Of a DNA stretch of 64,000 nucleotides, positions 8,598-17,785 are shown piece after piece (position 1 is the first letter of the stretch; every line of letters starts with the position of its first letter). Source of the stretch: Christensenellales bacterium (GTDB lineage Bacteria > Bacillota > Clostridia > Christensenellales > UBA1242). The notes under the pieces are model-generated. The model worked only from the letters and a program-made list of their open reading frames with translations. It was not told where the DNA came from and ran no database searches. The stretch spans positions 35,118 through 99,117 of the forward strand of contig JBJETV010000022.1 of assembly GCA_051883495.1 (NCBI GenBank), read 5' to 3'. Made by a program: the position numbers and the translations under genes.

Positions 8598-11500
8598 ATG
8601 TTGAAAACTAAATTCAAAAAAAGCAAAACGAGTTTTTTTGGTAGAATGGTGGGTCTGTGCTTTATGGCACTGTGTCTTTGTGCGCCGACCTTTTTGGGTT
8701 TGTTTGGACGAGAGGTGTCCGCTTCGGCTAGTAATATAACCGAAGTAACTTCACTTATTCCCGGTAGCAAGGTCTATTTTGGCGAATACCCACAAGATAC
8801 TGTTATCAAGGTCAAGGACGGCATTAGTGAAAATGGTGGCTGGGAAATTGTAAATTTTACTTGGACAGAGGGTTCAAATAATAATTTCTCTACTCAAATT
8901 AGTCCAACAGAAGCCGGTGTAAATAAAAATAGTGTAAAGGCCCATAACACAATTAAAGGTTATATTGAAGAACTATTGCAAGGAATTTATGGTTCAGAAT
9001 TTAATTGGCACACAACAACTGTGGCAAAGTTTGCTCCAAATACCAGTTGCCAAACAGAAAATATATCCTACGATTACGTAACTGGATATTACACATTGCT
9101 AACAGACGTGAATGTGAGTGATTATTCTGGAGGAGAAAATGCTCCAGTATCATATCCTGCAGGTTCAAAATTTTATGCTTATAACAGAGTGGTTGATGCT
9201 CTGAATAAATATTATAAAGTGTCTCCCGATACTAGTGCAAGATGGCCATCTATATCAAGTTCATTTTATCTTACTGGGAAAAGATTTAATTACAGTGAAA
9301 ATAGCACTTTAGAAACAACTCCAATAACAATTATGTCGGAGCAAAGTTACATTAAGGATCCATCAAGTTATAAATTCTTGAAAAGATCTTATGGTGTTTA
9401 TAGAGTGGCTAACGATTTTTACGATTATTACGATAAATATAATAGTAGAACAAATAAAGGCAATGTTACGATGCATGGGTATGATAAGTTTTTGGATAGC
9501 GGAGCAGCTGTAGAAGATTATTCGGCCACAGGAACAGGACCTAGCGGAATATTCCTATTTGAAGTTAAACCAATAGAGTGGACTGTATTTAGTGCAGACA
9601 ACCTTCAAGTTAATTCAACAAACAGCGACGAATGTATAACATTGGCGTCTAGCCAAATAATAGATTCCAACGCATTAAATTATGAACCATGGAAGTATAT
9701 AGACAGTCCATTCTATTATTTTTCGAGTCGTTATGACCAAAGCAATATGAGGGCTTGGCTAAATGCAATGGGTTCTCTTACAACAGACGAAGAATCAGTT
9801 AATCTAACAATGACAAATGGTTCAAAGTCATACACAGATACATTTTATCAAAGCAAGCGAACATTCATGCCAATGGCTTTTGGGGGAAAAACAAATCTAT
9901 TGAAGTATTTTAGCCATATATCTAATGTGACTCAAAGTAGAAAGGAAGCAAGAGTAGGGCTTTTGTTGTCTAGTGAAATAGAAGGGAATGGTTTGCAAAC
10001 TGCAACACAAACACAATACTCATTGGCGTGCGGTGATCAAAGTAATACAGGAATATGGTATTTTTCGCAGACGGATTCGGATGGGACCAATCTTTGTTAT
10101 GGCCCTGATGAATATGGAAGAGGAAGCGTTGTCTCTGGAGTTAATGTAATTAATGTCTTTGGTGTAAGACCTGTTATTTGCTTGAAGAAATCTGATTTTT
10201 GCACCAGTAGTCAGTTTGGACAGATTGGAACAAATGAAATACTAAATATTAGTTCTCCACTATCCTTGGGCAAAGAAGTTGATGCTAGTACATATTCTGC
10301 CACAAAGCCTTATTTGTTGCAGTTTGCCACTGAAGAAAGTGGCATTGGGACTCTTAAAACTGCCTCTCTTGAAATAAAACAAAATAGTTTAGTTAGCACG
10401 GGGGAAAGTTACAATACTACTGCCAGCAACTTTGTGGTAACTAAACCAAACTATGACCCAAACACAAATGAGTCTCAACCGACAATAACTGCTCCGGCGG
10501 TGTCGGGCTTTGTTGTAGCGGGGATAAAGAGATATGATACCGAATCTGGCAAAAATATATCTGATGCCGATTGTCCCTTTACTGTTTCGTTTATACCAAT
10601 AACGTCATTCTTGGGGGCTGGACAAAACCCTATAAACAACACTATAAAATCACTTTCAGGGCAATTTGTGATGGACTATTATCTCATTTATCAAGGTGAT
10701 ATCTATCTTATCAATCCAAAATATGTAACCAACCCAAATATCTATGTTAGTGAAAGTGGGTCGGCGAGCAACTCCGGTCGGTCTGCAGCCTCTCCAGTTC
10801 CACTTGCTGTGGCAGAAAAACTGGCTGGCAATGGCGTGGGTGTAGATACAGGCAATATGTCTACTTTAATTTTCCTAGAAAATCGAGAATTTAGCGATAG
10901 AGAATTGAAGTTCAAATATCCAGTGGTGTTTAACTCTAATACAGTACTTGGAACATTTATCACCGTAACAAGTGGTAATGTAACATTTGAAAATATTATC
11001 TTTGATGGAAAAAACGAGGAAAGAAATACCGCCGGAATAGTGTTAAATGATGGCACTACTACTTTTAACAATTGTAAGGTTATCAATTTTAACAACACAA
11101 CAGGTGATGGCGGTGGGATAAAAGTTGGCGTTGAGGCGACTGTAAGTGGTTCTTTACTAGAACTCTCCAACAACAAAGCAAAGACGAATGGCGGTGGAAT
11201 GTATTGCGAGGGGAATTTGAATGTTGTCAAGTTTATCCTTACAAGCAATATGGCTAGCAATGGCGGGGCGATTTATGTTACTGGTAATGTTGAAGTAGGG
11301 ACTATTGAGGCTTCGGGCAACTTTGCAAATAAAAATACCTCTTGTATATATGCAACAACTACTGATTCATCAAAGAAATTCAAGGTTACAGAAACTTTGG
11401 ATATTCATGATAACAAAGCTAATATCAGCGGTGGAAACACATATTATTCTTCTTCTGCAGTTTGTTTAGAGGGTTATAAAGTAAACATTGTCAACCCACA

Positions 11501-14500
11501 ATTTAATGATAACGAAAATTCTATTGCATCATTGTTCCTTAATGGGTGTTATTTGATGGGTGATGGTAGCCCAACATTGAAGGGCAATAGTAACGAGAAC
11601 AAGGGTTTATTCTCCAAAAATTATAATAAGGATGCTACTAACAATTTTGCTGGAGCAATCTATGTTACAGATGGTGGCAAGGCTGATTGCTCATATGTCT
11701 TTTCAAATATATCCTTTAATAATAACGGTGCGGATAACGGTTATGGTGCGGTGTTGGTTGTGGGAGATTATGCCGAAAAAGAAGTTACATTTTATAATTG
11801 CTCTTTTAACAACAACATAGGTGTATATTGTGGCGGATTAGCATTTTATCAAAGCAAAGATGGTGGGTTGTCAGGCAATTTTAATATAACAAATTGCACA
11901 TTTATTGGTAACACTGCTACCAGTATAAATGAACCAACAGACCCAAATATAAAAAGAAATGTTGCCGGCGCATTGCTAGTTCAGCATAGAAATAACACGA
12001 ACCAAGTGGCTGTTAATATTTCTGGTACAACATTCTTGGGCAATCAATCTACAAAATATGGTGTTGCAAACTTTGAACTGAAAGAAGACGACAGTATTAC
12101 AATAAACACTGTAACCTTGGGTGGAGATTTGATAGACGGAAATAACAAATCAAACATCTCAAACATTTCAACCACTGCGGGAGCATTGTTTGCAATAAAT
12201 GGTAGCAGAAATAGTGCTAGTGGTGTTGCAACAGCATTTACTATAAATGAATTTGTCGCCAAAAATAATGGCATTGTAGATGGCAGTTTTGCAACAGAGG
12301 GAGTGCTGGAACTTAGCAACCTTGCTCCAACAAACGAATATCTTCTAAAAAATTGTTTATTTGAAAAAAATGAATCGACTTATTCCGGTGGTGCAGTGAT
12401 TATAAAAGACTGCTCTGGAAAGATTGAAGATTGTTATTTTGGTGAAAATAGTGTGTCTATTACAAAGAATGAAAATTCAGAAACCTATCTTGGAGGTGGT
12501 GCTTTGTATATCACCAGCCAACAAAGTGGATACACTTGCAATGTGGATATTTCAAAAACTACTTTTGCGGGAAATAGTGTTACTTTGAGCGTAACTGGAG
12601 TTTGTGTTGCAGGTGGTGGTGCAGTGCTTGCCAACAAATCTCTCTTGACATTGACAGATGTTTATGCCACAGGCAATACTGTAACGGCCAACGGCGAAAA
12701 TCAAATGGCAAAAGGTGGAACAATTTGCTCGTATGGCAATATGCAAACAGGAGTTGAATATATTACACAATGTCAACATCCTACTCCATGCGTTGTGATA
12801 AACGGTGGGTGCTACAAGTCAAATTTAGCAAATTTTTCTCAAAATGCTTATTCCTATGGTGGTGCTATTTGGGGAGATTGTGTCAAAATACAAAGCGGTG
12901 GAGCAATCGCTGGAATAACCACTACAATCGCAGGGAAAGTTCCTGAAGAAAATGTCACTTATGCTTACACTGCAGATAGTCGAGCGCAATTTGTTTCCAA
13001 CAAGGCTTATTATGGCGGTGGTGTGTATACTTCCACTTGCCTAGAAATAGATAACAAAGACACTAGCAATTTGGTTGCTTTGTTTAACGGCAACGAGGCA
13101 ACGCACGGTGGAGCAATCAACGCACATGGTGTGGCAATAATTGACGGTGGAGAATTTACAAATAACATAGCAAAAAATGTTAATGACAATACTGCTTCCT
13201 TTGGTAATGGCGGAGCAATTAGTTTTGAAAATAGCGAACAGACTATTAAATTCTATAATTATCCAACGGGATTAAGCACAGATAGTTCAGACGCGTCTTA
13301 TGCTTTGCCTATGTATGCAAAGATTGTTAGAGCAGAGTTTTATGGCAATGAAGCAGTTCAGGGTGGTGCGATTTATTCAAATAGTTCTTTATCTCACAAT
13401 GATGGGACAGCATTTGCAAAAGGTTCTATGTTGGAGATTGTGGGGCAAGTTGATGAAGGATCAGGTTATTCAGTAAAGATTGGAGATATCAGTACAAATC
13501 CTGATGAAAACAAATCTAACTCTGCAGTTTATTTTGGTGGTGGAATATATGCTTGTTCTCCTGTCAAGCTCCAAAATATCAATATAAAATATAACCAAGC
13601 AAACAGTGCCTCGGCAATATACCTTGACAATCAATATACAAGATATAGTGTTGCAGATAGCGGGTTCGTGGTAAGTGACAAAGTAGAGATATCAAACATT
13701 ATGTTTGAAGGGAACAAATCTGCATCTGTTGGTGTAATCCAAGCAAGCAGAAACATTGACATAACAATAACAAACTGTGATTTTATCGGGAATGAAAATG
13801 CAGGTGCAATACTCAACTTTATTGGCGCAAATGAAGGAAACAATGGGAATGGAATCGGCTCTGGAACACTGCAAAACTGCACATTTAGTAGAAATATTGG
13901 CTGTACTGACACTATGACAATTTATGAAGGTGATGTGATAAATGTTTCCAACAGCGAAGTGGCAATAAACGATTGTAATTTTGGTCAAAATGGCAATAAT
14001 GGACTTGCTCATTATGGAACCATTCTGTTGATTGCAGAGGGTGGAGTTGTTCACCTTAACAATATTTCTGTCAATGGAACAGAAGGGAATAAAATAGCCA
14101 ACACAGACGGTCTTATTTGGGTGCAAAACAACGGCACTCTGAAAGCAAAAGGTGGGCAAATATCCCAATTAACAGGGGAAAATGGCAGTGTAACTGTGAT
14201 AGAGGGCAAGGCTTCTTTTGACGAGATTAGCATTTCGAACTGCTCTGTCAGTGGCAACGGCGGTGCGATTTATGTCGCAAATGGGGGAGATTTGTATTTT
14301 GCCGGAAATATTGATAGTTGCTCTGCAACAGGCAATGGTGGTGCAATTTATGTGGAAAGTGGTGGTACTGCTTTGATTGCTGGCAAAATGAAATTAGACT
14401 TAACTTATTCTCAATGTAATATTACAAATTGCTCTGCACAAAATGGTGGTGGAATATTTGCAGACGGAGATGTTGTTGTGCAACGAGCAACTATTTCTGG

Positions 14501-17462
14501 CAATTCTGCTACAAATAGTGGCGGTGGAATATATGCAAACAATAATAGTTCTCTTACAATAGGCATTGACTCAGATATTACAAATAACAAAATCACCGGA
14601 AGTGGTCGAGGTGCAGGAATCTATTCCAAAGGTCAACTGTATATTACAGATGCAACTATTTCTGGCAATAGTTTTGATTCAGCAACCAACACTTATGGTG
14701 GTGGTTTGTATGCGGAAAATGTTTCTTTTGAAATAGTCAACACCATTTTCCAAGGCAACAATGCAGAGAGTGGTGGCGCAATATTTGCAAGTGGCGGAGC
14801 GGTCGATTTGCAATATTGCAACTTCTTGGGAGAGGCAAAAAACAATACTGTAAAATTGTCAAATTGTTATGCCAATTTATATGAGTGTCTTTTTGAAAAC
14901 ATTTCTTCAACCGAAAAAGCCAGTGCACTTCTTCTTGACGGCGGAAGTTGTATTATGCAAAATTGCACTTTTAACAACAATATATTTGTAAATGATACTA
15001 GCACTGATAAAAAAGGCACTGTAAACTCTACAGGTGTTTTGTTGGAAATGGCTGGATGTGAATTTACAGACAACGGAACAAATGGTCTTTTGTCCAATGT
15101 TTATTATAACAACACTGATGGTAGTGCAAGACTGGTCTATTGCTCATTTACAAATGGAAAGGCTAACGGAAGTGAAAATAGTGTAACAATAAGCACTCCA
15201 AATGCTTGGGTAGAAAACTGCACTTTTGACAATAACCAAGAGGGTGGCTTACTGCTTCAAGTGAGTTATGGTGTGGTGGCAAATTGCAACTTTACTGCAA
15301 ACGCAAAGAATGGCGGATTGAAAATAGTTGAGCCTAGCAGTGCAAATGCGAATGTAGAGATATTAGATTGTTCCTTCTTGAAAGGGGGTTCTGACAAAGT
15401 AAATAGTTCTGATTCAAATGGTGGTGCGGTGTTTATTGGGGCTGGTTGCAATGTAAGAATATCCGGCACTTTTGAAGCAAGGGAGAACTCTTCTACTAAT
15501 GGTGGTGCGGTGTATGTTTCAAGTGGGGCAAAGTTGTATATCACACGCAATTCCAAGGTGATTATTTCTGACAATAAATCCTCAGATAATGATAGCAATT
15601 TATTACTCGCCGGGGATAATTTGCTGGTGATAGAAGGTGGACTGCTTGACGGAAGTAGTATAGGTATTTCTCTTGCTAGCGGAAATATAGTCGCAAGAAA
15701 TGGAGGTATCCCTCTTGAAAGTGCAGATGTAAACAAGTTGTTTAGCGACAGCAAAGCGCACATTTTGTGCTATTCCTACAATGACAAAATAGTGTATAAA
15801 AAAGCAATTACTACTGAAACAACAGATTTTTATTATGAAGCGACCATTGACGGCATAAATTATTACACTCCAAAGAGTGATATAGTGTTGGCTTATTCTC
15901 AAATGCCAAAAGAGGGATTTACACTGGACAAGAGTTACTTTAAGGCGTATGTAGGAATTGGCGACCAGCTAAAAGAAGTGTCTATAGAAGAAATTTCCTT
16001 CCAAATTAAATCAGGAGAGTTGTATGGAGAAGAAGAAAGTGGCAAAATAAAAATTACTCAAAAAGGTAGTCAGACAATAAAATTCCTTATCAAAAAAGTA
16101 AAAAATGGCGAGAATGAAATTATTTTTGGGGAGGAATTTGGTGGTGATGTTGTCGTAGATGTTGTTGGAGAATATCTGTATATAATTTCCACTCCACAAG
16201 CAATAATGACCGCCAAAAAAATCAATACATTTAGGCTAACTCAAGCAGGTAGTGTAATAGGTAGCAACGGGCAAGAAATCGCAGGAACTTGGAGTCTTGT
16301 TTCGGGAGAAAATACGGAAAAATCCGGCTATTACCGCTGTCAATTTACTCCAAAACAATCTGCCTTGTATGAAAACGCAAGCAACCTAATTTCCACAATG
16401 TATGTGAATGTGGTCTATGATAAATTGTATTATTTTAATAGCACAAATAGTGGCTTCTTCGCAGACAGTGCAGGCAGTGTGCAACTGGACGGAGTAGGCA
16501 ATATTTCAGACGCATTGCCACTGCTAAATGACAACGGAACTATTGTCTTTATGGACACATATATCGTAAACACTTCGGAAAATATTGTTGCAACAAAGAG
16601 AGTGAATTTTGTAAGACAAAAAACTGACAAAGACTTTGCAATGATAGAGATTTCGGCAGAAAAATCATTGTATATCACAGGGCAAAATGCAGAAATAATA
16701 TTTGACGGAAACGAAACAAACAGTGTAAATTTCCCTGCCTTTGTTGTTAACGGAACACTTACTTTGGGGAATAATGTTACAGTTAGAAACTTTGAATTTA
16801 CTTCAAACACATCTTCTTCCAATTTTGGAGCAATTTGCAACTTTGGAACACTCATTCTGCAAGGGTGCAAAATCTACAACAACAAGGCACTGTCCTCCTC
16901 AAATAATCAAGGTGGGGCAATATACAACGAGGGAACAATGAACATTGTTGCTGGCAATTTTTACAACAACACAGCAGAAGGGTCTGGCAAAGGTGGATTT
17001 GTATATTCCAAAGGCAAACTGACGGTTTCTGGCGGAAGAATTTACAACAACACAAGTGCCTTTGGTGCTGGGATTTATGTGGCAAATGGCGGGTCGGCAA
17101 GCCTTGTTGACGGCTATATCACACACAACTACGCAACCAGCAATGGTGGTGGTGTGTATGTGGAAAATGGTGGCAAATTGTCGCTGAGTTCTACACAAAT
17201 TTTATCCAACAAATCAGGCGCAGATGGTGCCGGAGTTTATAAGGCAGAGGGCGGAATTGTATTGCTGTCTTCTGGCGAAGAAATTGCTGGCTCGACTATT
17301 CAGTCTATAGAAGTTAAAAATATTCCTTTTGCTACAAACAATCAGTCGAATGACGCTATTTGGGTAGTAATTTTGGGAGCAGTTGCAATGATTTTGGCTA
17401 CAGCAATAATGTTTATACTGCTCAAAAAATCTCAAAAAGTTTGCCTTTACAAAATAAAATAA
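8598..17462 (+). CDS. giant surface protein 1 (2,954 aa): signal peptide, DUF6273-like head, Pmp-type parallel beta-helix repeats, Ig-like domain, second short beta-helix, C-terminal TM anchor
   Basis: SD AAAGGAG lies 8 nt before the ATG at 8598. Signal MLKTKFKKSKTSFFGRMVGLCFMALCLCAPTFLGLFGREVSASA. VYFGEYPQ ... PIEWTVF ... MRAWLN ... VRPVICL. Many NGGAIY/GGGIY/FxxN repeats. C-terminus AIWVVILGAVAMILATAIMFILLKKSQK. Confidence 0.9.
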   Translation: MLKTKFKKSKTSFFGRMVGLCFMALCLCAPTFLGLFGREVSASASNITEVTSLIPGSKVYFGEYPQDTVIKVKDGISENGGWEIVNFTWTEGSNNNFSTQISPTEAGVNKNSVKAHNTIKGYIEELLQGIYGSEFNWHTTTVAKFAPNTSCQTENISYDYVTGYYTLLTDVNVSDYSGGENAPVSYPAGSKFYAYNRVVDALNKYYKVSPDTSARWPSISSSFYLTGKRFNYSENSTLETTPITIMSEQSYIKDPSSYKFLKRSYGVYRVANDFYDYYDKYNSRTNKGNVTMHGYDKFLDSGAAVEDYSATGTGPSGIFLFEVKPIEWTVFSADNLQVNSTNSDECITLASSQIIDSNALNYEPWKYIDSPFYYFSSRYDQSNMRAWLNAMGSLTTDEESVNLTMTNGSKSYTDTFYQSKRTFMPMAFGGKTNLLKYFSHISNVTQSRKEARVGLLLSSEIEGNGLQTATQTQYSLACGDQSNTGIWYFSQTDSDGTNLCYGPDEYGRGSVVSGVNVINVFGVRPVICLKKSDFCTSSQFGQIGTNEILNISSPLSLGKEVDASTYSATKPYLLQFATEESGIGTLKTASLEIKQNSLVSTGESYNTTASNFVVTKPNYDPNTNESQPTITAPAVSGFVVAGIKRYDTESGKNISDADCPFTVSFIPITSFLGAGQNPINNTIKSLSGQFVMDYYLIYQGDIYLINPKYVTNPNIYVSESGSASNSGRSAASPVPLAVAEKLAGNGVGVDTGNMSTLIFLENREFSDRELKFKYPVVFNSNTVLGTFITVTSGNVTFENIIFDGKNEERNTAGIVLNDGTTTFNNCKVINFNNTTGDGGGIKVGVEATVSGSLLELSNNKAKTNGGGMYCEGNLNVVKFILTSNMASNGGAIYVTGNVEVGTIEASGNFANKNTSCIYATTTDSSKKFKVTETLDIHDNKANISGGNTYYSSSAVCLEGYKVNIVNPQFNDNENSIASLFLNGCYLMGDGSPTLKGNSNENKGLFSKNYNKDATNNFAGAIYVTDGGKADCSYVFSNISFNNNGADNGYGAVLVVGDYAEKEVTFYNCSFNNNIGVYCGGLAFYQSKDGGLSGNFNITNCTFIGNTATSINEPTDPNIKRNVAGALLVQHRNNTNQVAVNISGTTFLGNQSTKYGVANFELKEDDSITINTVTLGGDLIDGNNKSNISNISTTAGALFAINGSRNSASGVATAFTINEFVAKNNGIVDGSFATEGVLELSNLAPTNEYLLKNCLFEKNESTYSGGAVIIKDCSGKIEDCYFGENSVSITKNENSETYLGGGALYITSQQSGYTCNVDISKTTFAGNSVTLSVTGVCVAGGGAVLANKSLLTLTDVYATGNTVTANGENQMAKGGTICSYGNMQTGVEYITQCQHPTPCVVINGGCYKSNLANFSQNAYSYGGAIWGDCVKIQSGGAIAGITTTIAGKVPEENVTYAYTADSRAQFVSNKAYYGGGVYTSTCLEIDNKDTSNLVALFNGNEATHGGAINAHGVAIIDGGEFTNNIAKNVNDNTASFGNGGAISFENSEQTIKFYNYPTGLSTDSSDASYALPMYAKIVRAEFYGNEAVQGGAIYSNSSLSHNDGTAFAKGSMLEIVGQVDEGSGYSVKIGDISTNPDENKSNSAVYFGGGIYACSPVKLQNINIKYNQANSASAIYLDNQYTRYSVADSGFVVSDKVEISNIMFEGNKSASVGVIQASRNIDITITNCDFIGNENAGAILNFIGANEGNNGNGIGSGTLQNCTFSRNIGCTDTMTIYEGDVINVSNSEVAINDCNFGQNGNNGLAHYGTILLIAEGGVVHLNNISVNGTEGNKIANTDGLIWVQNNGTLKAKGGQISQLTGENGSVTVIEGKASFDEISISNCSVSGNGGAIYVANGGDLYFAGNIDSCSATGNGGAIYVESGGTALIAGKMKLDLTYSQCNITNCSAQNGGGIFADGDVVVQRATISGNSATNSGGGIYANNNSSLTIGIDSDITNNKITGSGRGAGIYSKGQLYITDATISGNSFDSATNTYGGGLYAENVSFEIVNTIFQGNNAESGGAIFASGGAVDLQYCNFLGEAKNNTVKLSNCYANLYECLFENISSTEKASALLLDGGSCIMQNCTFNNNIFVNDTSTDKKGTVNSTGVLLEMAGCEFTDNGTNGLLSNVYYNNTDGSARLVYCSFTNGKANGSENSVTISTPNAWVENCTFDNNQEGGLLLQVSYGVVANCNFTANAKNGGLKIVEPSSANANVEILDCSFLKGGSDKVNSSDSNGGAVFIGAGCNVRISGTFEARENSSTNGGAVYVSSGAKLYITRNSKVIISDNKSSDNDSNLLLAGDNLLVIEGGLLDGSSIGISLASGNIVARNGGIPLESADVNKLFSDSKAHILCYSYNDKIVYKKAITTETTDFYYEATIDGINYYTPKSDIVLAYSQMPKEGFTLDKSYFKAYVGIGDQLKEVSIEEISFQIKSGELYGEEESGKIKITQKGSQTIKFLIKKVKNGENEIIFGEEFGGDVVVDVVGEYLYIISTPQAIMTAKKINTFRLTQAGSVIGSNGQEIAGTWSLVSGENTEKSGYYRCQFTPKQSALYENASNLISTMYVNVVYDKLYYFNSTNSGFFADSAGSVQLDGVGNISDALPLLNDNGTIVFMDTYIVNTSENIVATKRVNFVRQKTDKDFAMIEISAEKSLYITGQNAEIIFDGNETNSVNFPAFVVNGTLTLGNNVTVRNFEFTSNTSSSNFGAICNFGTLILQGCKIYNNKALSSSNNQGGAIYNEGTMNIVAGNFYNNTAEGSGKGGFVYSKGKLTVSGGRIYNNTSAFGAGIYVANGGSASLVDGYITHNYATSNGGGVYVENGGKLSLSSTQILSNKSGADGAGVYKAEGGIVLLSSGEEIAGSTIQSIEVKNIPFATNNQSNDAIWVVILGAVAMILATAIMFILLKKSQKVCLYKIK

Positions 17463-17512
17463 TCATTTTGTGTTGGTCAAAAGGTTTTTGTGTAAAAAGA
17501 AATTTGAAAAAA

Positions 17513-17538
17513 ATAGGTGAGAAATTGCCTATTTTTTT
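17513..17538 (+). terminator. weak intrinsic terminator between giant genes 1 and 2
   Basis: Stem ATAGGTG / TTGCCTAT-type, 7 bp with two G.T wobbles, 6-nt loop, then T7 (17532-17538). Confidence 0.35.
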
Positions 17539-17661
17539 GTATTTTTTGAAAAATTATAATCGCTAAATGTCTTTTGTAGAGCAAAAATACGCAAAAATAA
17601 ATTTGTCAACTAATTTTCAAACAAAAATATTGTTTTTTATATTTTTTTTGTGGCAAAATAT

Positions 17662-17690
17662 TTGTTAAATTTTGGCCCATAATATATAAT
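17662..17690 (+). promoter_or_regulatory. candidate sigma-A promoter of giant gene 2 (TTGTTA-N17-TATAAT)
   Basis: TTGTTA at 17662-17667, 17-nt spacer, TATAAT at 17685-17690. Confidence 0.4.
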
Positions 17691-17785
17691 ATAATCATAG
17701 TTGTAATAAGATTGTCGCATTGTGCATTTTTTTGGATAGCAATCTTAGCCAACAATTTAGTGGCATATGCCAAGAGGTTATGATT

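Noticed and set aside
8616-8639. Phase-variable homopolymer tracts in the surface-protein genes: A7 at 8616-8622, T7 at 8633-8639 and T7 at 17878-17884 in signal-peptide regions, plus A8 at 5113-5120 and A8 at 58463-58470.
   Set aside because: Tracts of 7-8 A or T are expected frequently in DNA this AT-rich and are shorter than typical slipped-strand switches. Without population or read-level length variation, there is no support for phase variation.
10742-11260. Long antisense ORFs inside the giant genes (for example 10742-11260, 15266-15763, 20531-21076, 16430-16870 and 27919-28299, all on the minus strand, 126-181 aa).
   Set aside because: They lie entirely within the strongly supported plus-strand giant ORFs. 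They are rich in strings such as IAPP, YNAPP and PPP, which are the reverse-complement reading of the repeated GGTGGTGCAAT (GGAIY) codons. They lack SDs. I treat them as shadow ORFs created by the repeat and codon bias.
17704-17715. A shared 12-mer, TAATAAGATTGT, upstream of both giant genes (8462-8473 and 17704-17715), as a possible common operator.
   Set aside because: The motif sits at different positions relative to the two candidate promoters: it overlaps the -10 in one and lies downstream of the -10 in the other. By a rough estimate, a single 12-nt match between two AT-rich regions of several hundred bp is not clearly beyond chance.
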